From Thermoanaerobaculia bacterium (GTDB lineage Bacteria > Acidobacteriota > Thermoanaerobaculia > UBA5066), in assembly GCA_038245905.1 (NCBI GenBank), contig JBBRRY010000016.1, positions 1 through 64,000 of the forward strand: DNA of 64,000 nt. The letters are read 5' to 3'. Made by a program: the position numbers and the translations under genes. This document shows positions 49,557-58,370 of the stretch, one piece after another (within the stretch, counting starts at the first letter, position 1; every line of letters starts with the position of its first letter). The notes below the pieces were generated by a model. That model worked only from the letters and a program-made list of their open reading frames with translations, was not told the origin of the DNA and made no database searches.

Positions 49557-50322
49557 CTACTTTTCTCCGCTCACGCACAGGCACGAGGACGCGACCTCGA
49601 CGTCGGCCCGTGCCCAGGCCTTCCGGAAACGCGCGTTGGCGGTGCCCGCCTCCTTCGTCCTTCCCTGCGCGCGAAGCGCGCGCGCGAGTCCCTGCAGGGA
49701 CCATCCGTTCTCCGGGTAGCGGACGAGATCCGCGCGGTACACCGCCTCCGCCTGCTTCGGCTCTTTCGCCGCGAGGAGGACGGCGCCGAGCGCGTGGCGA
49801 GAGGGCACCGTCATGTCCGGCGGCTCGTCGTACTTGAGCGCGTCCTCACGCGTCACGGCCTCCCGCAGCCTTGAAATCGCCGTCTCCAGGTCTCCCTTTT
49901 GATACGCGATCTCGCCATCGAGGTAGGGCGCGCAGACGCCGAGCACGTCCGCGGCGGCGTTCGTGCCAAACAGGAAGTCCTTCGGAACCCTGATCTGCCC
50001 GAGGGCCGCGAAAGCGACTCCGCGGAGAAACAGGCGATACGCCCGCGAGACGGGGAGGTACTTCGGGGGCTCCGGCCATGGCAAGACCGGGATCGCGGCG
50101 CACCGCTTCACGAAATGCCTTCTCGGCTTCCTCGTGGTTGAACGCGAAGGACCAGATCAGGCCCTGATCGAACGCCTGCTGCGCCTCGGGACTCTTCGTC
50201 GAGACCGCGCGATGGTGAACCCCGAGATCGAAGGGCTTCCAGGGGCCGGCCTCGGGATCGACTGCAGAGAGAGGCCGCGAAAGGAGGGCAAGGCCGAGGA
50301 TGAGCATGGTCGAGCGACGCAT
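49557..50322 (-). pseudogene. Secreted TPR protein, internally deleted and frameshifted
   Basis: N-terminus (AQQAFDQGLIWSFAFNHEEA..DPGLAMA) and C-terminus (YDEPP..RHALGA..YPENGWSL..ASSC) lie in different frames, joined at ~50075. Confidence 0.75.
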
Positions 50323-50369
50323 GGAAACCTCCATTTCGGGGAACCGAAAAATAATAGACTGCCGGGGCG

Positions 50370-51692
50370 ATGGACGTGGCCCCTTTTTTCCAGTCGGCCG
50401 AAAAGAGCGATGCGGGTCTTTCGGCGCTCGCCCGCGGTGTCGTCGGCTCGGAGATTCTCCGTATCGCCGGCGAGATCCGCGCGATGCAGGCAAAAGGCCG
50501 GCCCGTGTGCAACCTGACGATCGGCGATTTCGATCCGAAGCACTTCCCGATTCCGCAGCGTCTCCTCGACGGCACACGCGCGGCTCTCGAGACCGGGCAG
50601 ACGAATTACCCGCCGGCGGAGGGCATCCTGCCGCTTCGTGAAGCCGTCGTGCGCTTGTACGAGCGGGATCTCGGACTGACGTATCCCGTCGACTCCGTCG
50701 TCATCGCGGCCGGAGCCCGTCCGCTTCTCTACGGAGCGTACCGGACGCTCGTGGATCCAGGCGACACGACGATTTATCCCGTCCCGACCTGGAACAACAA
50801 CCACTATGCCTATCTGTCGGGCGCGCACGGGATCGCCGTGCCCGTGACGAAAGAATCGAACTTTTTCCCGACGCCTGACCAGCTGCATCCCCACCTCTCC
50901 TCGGCGCGGCTCCTCATCCTCAACTCGCCGCTCAACCCAACCGGTACCGTCATCTCCCGAAGCGCCCTCACCGCGATCACGGAAATGGTCGTGGAGGAGA
51001 ACCGGCGGCGCGAGAAGGTGGGCGGCAAGCCGCTCTACTTTGTATACGACCAGGTCTACTGGACTCTCACGTTCGGCGGGGCCGAGCACCACACGCCTGT
51101 CGAGGTCGTGAGGGAGAGCGCCCCGTACGTGATCTTTCTCGACGCGATCTCGAAGGCTTTTTGCGCGACCGGGATGCGCGTCGGCTGGGGTGTCATGCCA
51201 CCCGCCATTCGCAAGCGCATGTCCGACATCCTCGGGCACATCGGCGCCTGGGCGCCGAAGGCGGAGCAGGTGGGTGTCGCGGCCCTCCTCGACGACCCTG
51301 AGGCTGTCGGCGCGCATCGCGAGTCCGTGCGTCGGAAGCTCGCCGAGCGGCTCGAGGCCCTCTACGCCGGCGTCATGGCGATGAAGAAGGACGGCTTTCC
51401 GGTCGACGCGATCGAGCCGCAGGGGGCTATTTACCTCTCGGCGCGGTTCGACCTCTTCGGACGGACCGTGAAGGGCGCCCTCGTTCGGACGAACGAGGAC
51501 GTCCGGCGCCTTCTCCTCGAGGAGGCGGGGCTAGGCGTCGTGCCTTTCGGGGCCTTCGGCTTCGCGGGCGACACCGGCTGGTTCCGCCTGTCGGTGGGCG
51601 CGGTTTCGATGGGCGACATCGCCAATGTCTTTCCGCGGCTGCGGGCCCTTCTCGCTCAGGCTCCGGCGGTCCGGGCGTCCGCCGTGCGCTGA
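50370..51692 (+). CDS. PLP-dependent aminotransferase class I/II (aspartate aminotransferase-like)
   Basis: NSPLNPTG, YDQVY, AISKAFCATGMRVGW, WFRLS. Confidence 0.9.
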   Translation: MDVAPFFQSAEKSDAGLSALARGVVGSEILRIAGEIRAMQAKGRPVCNLTIGDFDPKHFPIPQRLLDGTRAALETGQTNYPPAEGILPLREAVVRLYERDLGLTYPVDSVVIAAGARPLLYGAYRTLVDPGDTTIYPVPTWNNNHYAYLSGAHGIAVPVTKESNFFPTPDQLHPHLSSARLLILNSPLNPTGTVISRSALTAITEMVVEENRRREKVGGKPLYFVYDQVYWTLTFGGAEHHTPVEVVRESAPYVIFLDAISKAFCATGMRVGWGVMPPAIRKRMSDILGHIGAWAPKAEQVGVAALLDDPEAVGAHRESVRRKLAERLEALYAGVMAMKKDGFPVDAIEPQGAIYLSARFDLFGRTVKGALVRTNEDVRRLLLEEAGLGVVPFGAFGFAGDTGWFRLSVGAVSMGDIANVFPRLRALLAQAPAVRASAVR

Positions 51693-51715
51693 CTGGCGGC
51701 GCTACACTCCCTTCT

Positions 51716-52387
51716 GTGAAGCAGGACAAGAGGTCGGAGAAGAGCCGGACGGCGATTCTCGAAGCGTCGCTTGAGCTGTTCTCGAGCCAGGGCTATCGCG
51801 GCACGAGCATCCGCGAGATCGCAGAAGCGGCCGGCGTCTCGACGGGAAACGTCTACCACCATTTCCCCGACAAGGAGACGATCTTCCAGACCGTCCTCGG
51901 CCAGTACTGGAAGGCGATCCAGAGCCCGGATCTCCCCTTCAACAAGGCGCTCGCCTCGGGCACGTTTCCCGACAACCTCGAAGAGCTCGCCGCCGCTGCG
52001 CGCGAGAGCGTGAGGCTCTGGCGGCGCCACATCGCCCTCATCTACGTCGACGTCGTCGAACTCTCCGGCAACCACATCCGGAACTTCTACTCGGAGATGG
52101 CCTCGCGCTTCGAGAAGTTCATCGTGACGCACGGCGATGTGGTCTCGGGCGAGATCCGCCCCGGTGTCCCGGTCACGACCGCGGTCATCCTCGCGAGCCG
52201 CGTCTTCCTTCAGTACTACGCGGTCGAGATCCTTTTCGGCGTCCCGGAGCAGTTCGGCAAGAACAGCGACGTCGTCGTGGGCGAGATCGCGGAGATCCTC
52301 CGGTACGGGATGCTGAAGGAGCACGGACTCGCGGCGGCGGCAGCGACGCTGCCGTCGCTCGCCAGGGCCCGGCGCCAGGCCTCTTAG
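51716..52387 (+). CDS. TetR/AcrR family regulator
   Basis: GYRGTSIREIAEAAGVSTGNVYHHFPDKE helix-turn-helix. Confidence 0.92.
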   Translation: MKQDKRSEKSRTAILEASLELFSSQGYRGTSIREIAEAAGVSTGNVYHHFPDKETIFQTVLGQYWKAIQSPDLPFNKALASGTFPDNLEELAAAARESVRLWRRHIALIYVDVVELSGNHIRNFYSEMASRFEKFIVTHGDVVSGEIRPGVPVTTAVILASRVFLQYYAVEILFGVPEQFGKNSDVVVGEIAEILRYGMLKEHGLAAAAATLPSLARARRQAS

Positions 52388-53253
52388 GCTCCCCGCTCGC
52401 CGCCCAGGAAGCGCCTCAGCAGCGGCCAGTAGACCTCGGGCTTCTCGAGGTAGACGACGTGGCCTGCGCCCGCGATCTCCTCGTATCGAGCGTGCGGGAT
52501 CACGGACAGGATCTTCCGCTGCTGCGCCGGTGGAATCGTGCGGTCCTCGGCGCCTGCGAGAACGAGGACGGGGCACGGGATCGCGGCGAAGCTTGCCGCC
52601 TTCTCCTCGAGCGCCGCGAAGAACGGGTCCTGCGCCTCCGTGAGACGCACGAGCGCTTCGATGCGGCCGACGTAACGGTCGTGGAAGCCCTTGCGCATCG
52701 TTTCGAGCTTCTCGCCCACGCGCGCGACGAACTCCTCGCCGAAGATCTTCTCGTAGAGGTACCGCGTGTAGAGGTCGAAGAGCGGCTGGCCGCCCGCGTA
52801 GAAGCGCAGCGAGAGGTCCTGGTACATCGAGAAGAGCGTCTCTTTCGTCAGGAGGATTCCCGAGAGCGCCAGCGTGCGGACGCGCGCCGGGTGGCGCCGG
52901 GCGAACTCGGCCGCGACGAACCCTCCATACGAGACGCCGACCGCGTGCACGTTCGCGATCCCGGCCGCATCGAGGATCCCAGCAAGCGCGTCGCCGAAGA
53001 CGGAGATCGGAGCGTCCGGCAGCGCCGCGTCGTCCGAAGCGCCCTGTCCCAGGTAGTCGTATAGGAGGACGTCGTGGTCCCCCGTCAGCTCGGGGAGAAA
53101 CGAGATCCAGCTCTTCGTGGACATCGCGAGGCCGTTGAAGAGACAGACGGTCTCCCGCGCCCCCGTGCCCCAAAGCTCCCAGTAGTAGCCATGGCCCGCG
53201 TGGACCAGCCAGCCCTCCCGGAGCGGCGCAGAGGCGGGCGGGGTTGCGTTCAT
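52384..53253 (-). CDS. Alpha/beta hydrolase
   Basis: YDYLGQGAS, GVSYGG nucleophile elbow, GAEDR, AGHVVY. Confidence 0.88.
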   Translation of the reverse strand: MNATPPASAPLREGWLVHAGHGYYWELWGTGARETVCLFNGLAMSTKSWISFLPELTGDHDVLLYDYLGQGASDDAALPDAPISVFGDALAGILDAAGIANVHAVGVSYGGFVAAEFARRHPARVRTLALSGILLTKETLFSMYQDLSLRFYAGGQPLFDLYTRYLYEKIFGEEFVARVGEKLETMRKGFHDRYVGRIEALVRLTEAQDPFFAALEEKAASFAAIPCPVLVLAGAEDRTIPPAQQRKILSVIPHARYEEIAGAGHVVYLEKPEVYWPLLRRFLGGERGA

Positions 53254-54053
53254 GCGGCCCCCGCGGCGCGGCGCACGCGCTCGAGGAAGCGCTCGGCGAG
53301 GAGGACGAACTCGTCTTCCCTCTCGACGATCAGCGCGTGACCCGCGCCCTGCACGACGACGAGACTCGCGCCGGGAATCGCGACCGCGACGGCCTCGGTC
53401 CGCTCGAGAGGCATTGCGGCGTCCCGGCCCGCGGCGACGACGAGAACCGGGCAGGCGATCTTCGGGAGAACGGGCCTGAGGTCGACCTTCGTGAGCGCCC
53501 CAAGGAGGCCCTCGAGGCCCGTAAACCAGGCCTCCGGCAGGAGACCAACCTGGGCACGCCGGGCCGCGATCTCCTCGGCGTGCGCGGTCTGCCACTCGGG
53601 TGTGTAGGCGAGATGCACGATCGCGTCGTAAACGGCCGTTCGGTCGCCGCCCTTCGAGACGGCGCGGACGGCGTGTGCGAGCCGCATGCCAGCCTCGCCG
53701 AGCCCCTCGTGCGCCACGTCCGTGACGGTCACCGCGAGAACGGACCCGACGAGCTCCGGATGGCGTGCCGCGAGGAGGAGTCCGACGTAGGCGCCGTAAG
53801 ACGCCGCGACAACGTCGACTCGCGCTTCTCCCAGCGAGTCGAGGAGAGCCGCGACGTCGTCCGCGTGCTCTTCCATGGAGGCGCGCGGCGGCCCCGGCGA
53901 GAGAAGCTGGCCTCTGAAGTCGCAGCGGATGACGTGGTGCCGCGCCGCGAGACGCCGCGCGACCGGCTCCCACGCGGAGAGCGACATCATCCCGCCGTTG
54001 AGGAGTAACAGCGGCGGACCCTCGCCGTCGACGCGGTGGGTCAGCATGCTCAT
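53250..54053 (-). CDS. Alpha/beta hydrolase
   Basis: CDFRGQ, AASYGA, AGRDA, AGHALIVE. Confidence 0.88.
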   Translation of the reverse strand: MSMLTHRVDGEGPPLLLLNGGMMSLSAWEPVARRLAARHHVIRCDFRGQLLSPGPPRASMEEHADDVAALLDSLGEARVDVVAASYGAYVGLLLAARHPELVGSVLAVTVTDVAHEGLGEAGMRLAHAVRAVSKGGDRTAVYDAIVHLAYTPEWQTAHAEEIAARRAQVGLLPEAWFTGLEGLLGALTKVDLRPVLPKIACPVLVVAAGRDAAMPLERTEAVAVAIPGASLVVVQGAGHALIVEREDEFVLLAERFLERVRRAAGAA

Positions 54054-55630
54054 CAGGAAGAAGAAGATTTCTTTGAAAGGTAAAGAGAGCGGAGGTCGCC
54101 CTTCACCACTTTGCCGTATGCGGTGCGCGGCAGGGCGTCGACGAAGAGGAATTCGCGCGGAACCTTATACTTCGCGAGGCGCCGCTCGACGAACGCCGCC
54201 AGTTCGGCCTTCTCTTCCTCTTCCCCTCTTACCTTCAAAGAAATCTTCTCTTCTCTTGCTCTCTCTCTTCGAACGACGAACGCCACCCCGACCTCGCCCC
54301 ACTTCGCGTCCGGGACGCCGACGACCGCGACGTCCTTCACGCCCGGGTGCTGGAAGAGCACGCCTTCGATCTCTGCCGGATACACGTTGACACCGCCCGA
54401 GATGAGCATGTCTTTCTTGCGGCCGGCGATCGTGAAGAAGCCGTCGGCGTCCTTCTTCGCGAGATCGCCCGTGTGGAACCAGCCGTCCTCGTCGAGCGCG
54501 GCGGCCGTCGCGTCGGCGTTGCGGTAGTAGCCCGCACAGACGTGCGGCCCGCGCAGCAGCAGCTCGCCGATTTCGCCCACCGGCACCTCGCCTCCGTCCT
54601 CGCCGACGAGGCGCGCCCGGGTGAACATCATCGGTCGCCCGATCGATCCGGCCTTCCGGACGGAGTCCTCGAGGCTCATCGCGAAGCAGTTCACGCCGAC
54701 CTCCGTGAGGCCGTAGCCCTGCTTGAAGTTCGCGCCGCGTTTGTGCCACGTCTCGATGATGTCCAGGGGAAGCGGCGCGCCCCCGCTGACGAAGTAGCGG
54801 ACGCTCGAGAAATCCGCGGACGAGAACGCCGGGTGCTCCTGCAGCATCCGAAAGATCGTCGGGACGCCGAGGACGACCGTACAGCGCTCTCTTGCGATCG
54901 CGGCGAAGATCTCCTCAGGGTCGAACCCGGCGAAGAGGACGATCGTCCCGCCCACCGCGAGGATCGGCGTGAGGAACGCCCCGAGGCCGCCGGCGTGGTA
55001 GAGCGGCGTATAGATGGGCGACACGTCGTCCTCGCGCAGCTGCCACGAGACGACCGTGTTCACCGCGTTCCACGCGACCATCCGGTGCGGCACCATCACA
55101 CCCTTCGGCTTGCCCGTGGTGCCGGAGGTGTAGAGGAGGCAGTAGAGATCCTCCGGATCGGGAGAAGAGAAGATTTCCTTGAAGGTGGTGCGAGCGGCCG
55201 GCGCGCCCCCGGGCACCGCACGATGCGGCGCCAGAGCGTCGAGAGGCACGGCCCTCACCCCTGGACACCTTCTAAGAAGATCTTCAACGGTCTCGTCGAA
55301 CGTCGCCCCGAAAATCAGCGCCCGCGGCTCGGCGTCCGAAACCACACTCTCCAGCTCCCCCGCCGTCTGCCGCGTGTTGAGCGGGACAAAAACGACACCG
55401 CTCTTGCCGCAAGCAAAGAAGACGTCCAGGAACTCGACGCAGTTGCCCGCGAGGAGAGCCAGGCGGTCGCCCTTCTTGAGGCCGAGGCCTTCCGTGAGGG
55501 TACGCGCGGCCGCCTGCGCCCGGGCGTCCAGCTCGGCGTACGTGAACCTGCGCCCGGTCGAGATTTCGACGAGTGCTGTCTTCTCCGGCGAGAGCCGCGC
55601 GCGCTCGCCGAGTATGTCGCCCCTGATCAT
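54053..55630 (-). CDS. Acyl-CoA synthetase (AMP-forming, FadD/MenE-like)
   Basis: YTSGTTGKPKG, GYGLTE, WFHTGD, GRKKDMLISGG, LPRTAYGKV. Confidence 0.93.
   Translation of the reverse strand: MIRGDILGERARLSPEKTALVEISTGRRFTYAELDARAQAAARTLTEGLGLKKGDRLALLAGNCVEFLDVFFACGKSGVVFVPLNTRQTAGELESVVSDAEPRALIFGATFDETVEDLLRRCPGVRAVPLDALAPHRAVPGGAPAARTTFKEIFSSPDPEDLYCLLYTSGTTGKPKGVMVPHRMVAWNAVNTVVSWQLREDDVSPIYTPLYHAGGLGAFLTPILAVGGTIVLFAGFDPEEIFAAIARERCTVVLGVPTIFRMLQEHPAFSSADFSSVRYFVSGGAPLPLDIIETWHKRGANFKQGYGLTEVGVNCFAMSLEDSVRKAGSIGRPMMFTRARLVGEDGGEVPVGEIGELLLRGPHVCAGYYRNADATAAALDEDGWFHTGDLAKKDADGFFTIAGRKKDMLISGGVNVYPAEIEGVLFQHPGVKDVAVVGVPDAKWGEVGVAFVVRRERAREEKISLKVRGEEEEKAELAAFVERRLAKYKVPREFLFVDALPRTAYGKVVKGDLRSLYLSKKSSSS
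54060..54250. repeat. Intragenic inverted-repeat pair G at the 3' end of the acyl-CoA ligase gene
   Basis: Left GAAGAAGATTTCTTTGAAAGGTAAAGAG 54060-54087; right CTCTTACCTTCAAAGAAATCTTCTC 54226-54250; at least 15-bp perfectly complementary core. Confidence 0.88.
55167..55285. repeat. Intragenic inverted-repeat pair H in the acyl-CoA ligase gene
   Basis: Left GAGAAGATTTCCTTGAAGGTG 55167-55187; right CACCTTCTAAGAAGATCTTC 55266-55285. Confidence 0.8.
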
Positions 55631-56598
55631 GGCCGGATGACCGCCGCAGGGGCCGGCGCGACAACCGGCGGCGACGAAACCGTCGGAGCCGGAAGTGGGT
55701 CGACAAGGACCTTCATGAGCGCCTCGGCGAAGCGGTCGGCGCACTCGACCTGCGGGGCATGGCCGCAGCGCTCGATCGTCGTGAGCCGTGCAGCGGGAAG
55801 TTGCGCGGCGAGGCGGCGGGCGTAGTCGACGGAAACCATTCTGTCCGACGCACCCCAGAGGAGATCCGCGGGAACGTCGAAGCCGCCGAGCTTTCCGTCA
55901 AGGAGGTAGGCGATCAGGTTCTTCGGCTCCACCGCGAGACGGGCGATCGGACCAGTCGCCGCGACACGGATGATGTCGTCGACGACGAAGTCGGGGATCA
56001 TCGGGGCCGACGGATCGCGCAGCGCGGCAAGCGTCCGGTCCGCCTCGGCGCGCGTCTTCGGCTGGAGCGTGAGGTCAGGCCGGTCGCCGAGGAGCGGGCC
56101 GCCGTTCACGAGGACGAGGTGCTGGACCCTCTCGGGATGCTCCTTCGCCCACACCGTCGCGACCCACGCGCCGAGCGAGTTTCCGACGAGCGTGACCTTG
56201 CCCTGCGGGAGCTCCTTCATGGCGCCGTCGAAGCCCGCGAGGAGCGTCGCGAACGGAATCGGTCCGGCGGCCGGCGCGCTGTCTCCGTGCCCCGCGAGGT
56301 CCGGGATGACGACGAGGAAGCTTTTCGCGACTCGCGGCGCGACTTTCGCCCAGCCGCCGGCCTGGTCGCCGGCACCATGGACGAGGACCACGGGCGCGCC
56401 GCGGCCTCCGGAGAACACGCGCTGCGGCCCCACGGCCGATGTCTGAAAATGCTTCTCGAAGCCGGAAAAGGAGAGCCGGCGGCGGCCGAGCCACGCGAGC
56501 GTGGCGAGGGGCCTCTTCCAGAAGATCGCCCCCGCCGCCACTCCGAGAAGGAGGAGAGCGGCGGCGAGGACGAGGACGATCTTCACCGGGCGCCGCAC
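55627..56598 (-). CDS. Alpha/beta hydrolase with N-terminal membrane anchor/signal
   Basis: LVHGAG, DLAGHG, GNSLG, WGASD, CGHAPQVE; start approximate. Confidence 0.85.
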   Translation of the reverse strand: MRRPVKIVLVLAAALLLLGVAAGAIFWKRPLATLAWLGRRRLSFSGFEKHFQTSAVGPQRVFSGGRGAPVVLVHGAGDQAGGWAKVAPRVAKSFLVVIPDLAGHGDSAPAAGPIPFATLLAGFDGAMKELPQGKVTLVGNSLGAWVATVWAKEHPERVQHLVLVNGGPLLGDRPDLTLQPKTRAEADRTLAALRDPSAPMIPDFVVDDIIRVAATGPIARLAVEPKNLIAYLLDGKLGGFDVPADLLWGASDRMVSVDYARRLAAQLPAARLTTIERCGHAPQVECADRFAEALMKVLVDPLPAPTVSSPPVVAPAPAAVIRP

Positions 56599-56611
56599 GG
56601 TGCCCCGGAGC

Positions 56612-57607
56612 CTAGACCATCCGGAAGGCGGCGCCCGCCATGTTGTAGCCGACGCCGGACGCCACGAAGACGACGAGGTCACCGGTCTTGATCTTGCCGA
56701 GGGCGCGAGCGTCGTCGAGCGCCATTGCGACGCTCGCCGAGCCGGTATAGCCCCATTTCTCCATGACCATGTGGGTCTTTTCCATGGGAAGCCCGAGGTC
56801 CTGCATGACGAGCTCGATCGTCGGCTTGCGCACCTGCGTCAGGAGGAGCATGTCGATGTCGGAGACCGCGAAGCCCCCGTCGGCCGCCATCTGCCGCACG
56901 AGCTTCGGCCATCCTTCGTTGTTGAGCTCGGGCGGATAGCGTTCGATCATCTTCACGGTCGTGCGGCCGGCCTTGAAGGACTCGTCGGTCACCGGCTCGG
57001 CCGTTCCGCCCGAGTGGATCGCCCAGTGCCCGTAATAGGACCCGTCCGCGCGGAAGCCCGAGGCGACGAAGCCGGGCTTCTCCGACGGCTCGAGCACCGC
57101 GGCGCCTGCGCCGTCCCCGAAGAAGAAGATCATCGGGTCGTTCGGGTCCGTGAGCTTGTGCATCATGTAGGCGCCGACCGCGACGACCGTCTTGAGGGAC
57201 TTGTTCGTCGCGATGAGGCCTGCGGCCGTCGCAAGGCACGTCGGGAAGGACGCGCACGCGCAGCCGATGTCGAACGTCCCGGCGTTCTTCGCGCCGAGCT
57301 TGTGCTGGACGACGACGGACGTCGCAGGGGTCACGAAGTCCGGCGAGTCCGTGCCGAGGAGGATGAGGTCCACGTCCTCCGGCTTCTTCCCGGCAGCGTC
57401 GAGAGCCTTCCGCGCCGCGCGGACAGCGAGGTCCGACGTCGCCCAGTCGGGCGGCGCGTACCAGCGGGTCCTGATCCCGCTGCCCGCCTCCATCTTGTCG
57501 ACGAACTCGGGAGCGGTCGCCTTGAAGCGCTCGCGGAGCGCGTCGTTCGACACCTCGATCTCCGGCACGTACGAGCCGGTGGAGACGATCCGGGCCGAGC
57601 GGCTCAT
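56612..57607 (-). CDS. 3-oxoacyl-ACP synthase III (FabH-like), His replaced by Thr (TQ)
   Basis: GSYVPE, DIGCACASF, FGDGAGA, LLTQVR, WGYTGSAS. Confidence 0.88.
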   Translation of the reverse strand: MSRSARIVSTGSYVPEIEVSNDALRERFKATAPEFVDKMEAGSGIRTRWYAPPDWATSDLAVRAARKALDAAGKKPEDVDLILLGTDSPDFVTPATSVVVQHKLGAKNAGTFDIGCACASFPTCLATAAGLIATNKSLKTVVAVGAYMMHKLTDPNDPMIFFFGDGAGAAVLEPSEKPGFVASGFRADGSYYGHWAIHSGGTAEPVTDESFKAGRTTVKMIERYPPELNNEGWPKLVRQMAADGGFAVSDIDMLLLTQVRKPTIELVMQDLGLPMEKTHMVMEKWGYTGSASVAMALDDARALGKIKTGDLVVFVASGVGYNMAGAAFRMV

Positions 57608-58368
57608 GTCCCGAGCACCAGCCCGCCGTCGACCGAGAGCGTTGCCCCGTGGACGAACGAGGCCGCGTCGGAAGCGAGCCAGAAATACGCCTCGGCGATG
57701 TCCTCGGGCTTCCCCATCCGCCCGACGGGCGTCTTCGCGACCATCCCCGCGATCACCTTCTCGGGTATCGCCTTGATGATCTCCGTCGCGACGAAGCCCG
57801 GCGCGACCGCGTTGACGCGGATGCCGAACTTCCCGAGCTCACGGGCCCACGTCTGGGTGAACGAGATGACGCCGGCTTTCGTGGCCGCGTAGTTCGTCTG
57901 GCCGAAGTTGCCATAGAGACCGACGACGGAGGACGCGTTCAGGACGACGCCGCTCCCCTGCTTGATCATCTGCGGGGCGGCGGCTCGCGTGCAGTTGAAG
58001 ACGCCCCTGAGGTTGACGGCGATCACCTTGTCGAAGTCGGCGTCCGGCATCGTCGAGACGACGGCACCGTCCTTCCACTTGACGAGCTGGGAGTCGCGGA
58101 CGATCCCGGCGTTGTTGACGAGAACGTCGACGCGGCCGAAGCGGGCGACGACCTCTTGGACGGCCTTCTCCACCGCCGCGGAGTCCGTGACGTCCACCTT
58201 TCGTCCCTCGGCGTCGAGCGCGCCCGCCGCCTTGAGCTCCGGGGCGAGCGCGGCGGCTCCCGCCTCGTCCACGTCCCAGGCGGACACGGTGCAGCCGCCC
58301 CGAGCGAAGCGAAGGGCCGTGGCGCGGCCGATGCCGGCCGCACCTCCCGTCACGATGGCGACGCGCAT
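57604..58368 (-). CDS. 3-oxoacyl-ACP reductase (FabG-like SDR)
   Basis: TGGAAGIG, NNAGIVRD, YGNFGQTNYAATK. Confidence 0.9.
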   Translation of the reverse strand: MRVAIVTGGAAGIGRATALRFARGGCTVSAWDVDEAGAAALAPELKAAGALDAEGRKVDVTDSAAVEKAVQEVVARFGRVDVLVNNAGIVRDSQLVKWKDGAVVSTMPDADFDKVIAVNLRGVFNCTRAAAPQMIKQGSGVVLNASSVVGLYGNFGQTNYAATKAGVISFTQTWARELGKFGIRVNAVAPGFVATEIIKAIPEKVIAGMVAKTPVGRMGKPEDIAEAYFWLASDAASFVHGATLSVDGGLVLGT

Positions 58369-58370
58369 CG

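Noticed and set aside
54060-54250. Interpretation of the inverted pairs as MITEs or IS remnants
   Set aside because: The interior is conserved host coding sequence that differs at every locus; no target-site duplications or transposase seen.
15401-55285. Helical phasing of arm spacing
   Set aside because: Core-to-core distances (about 48, 48, 55, 91, 109, 114, 128, 161 bp) show no consistent 10.5-bp periodicity by hand.
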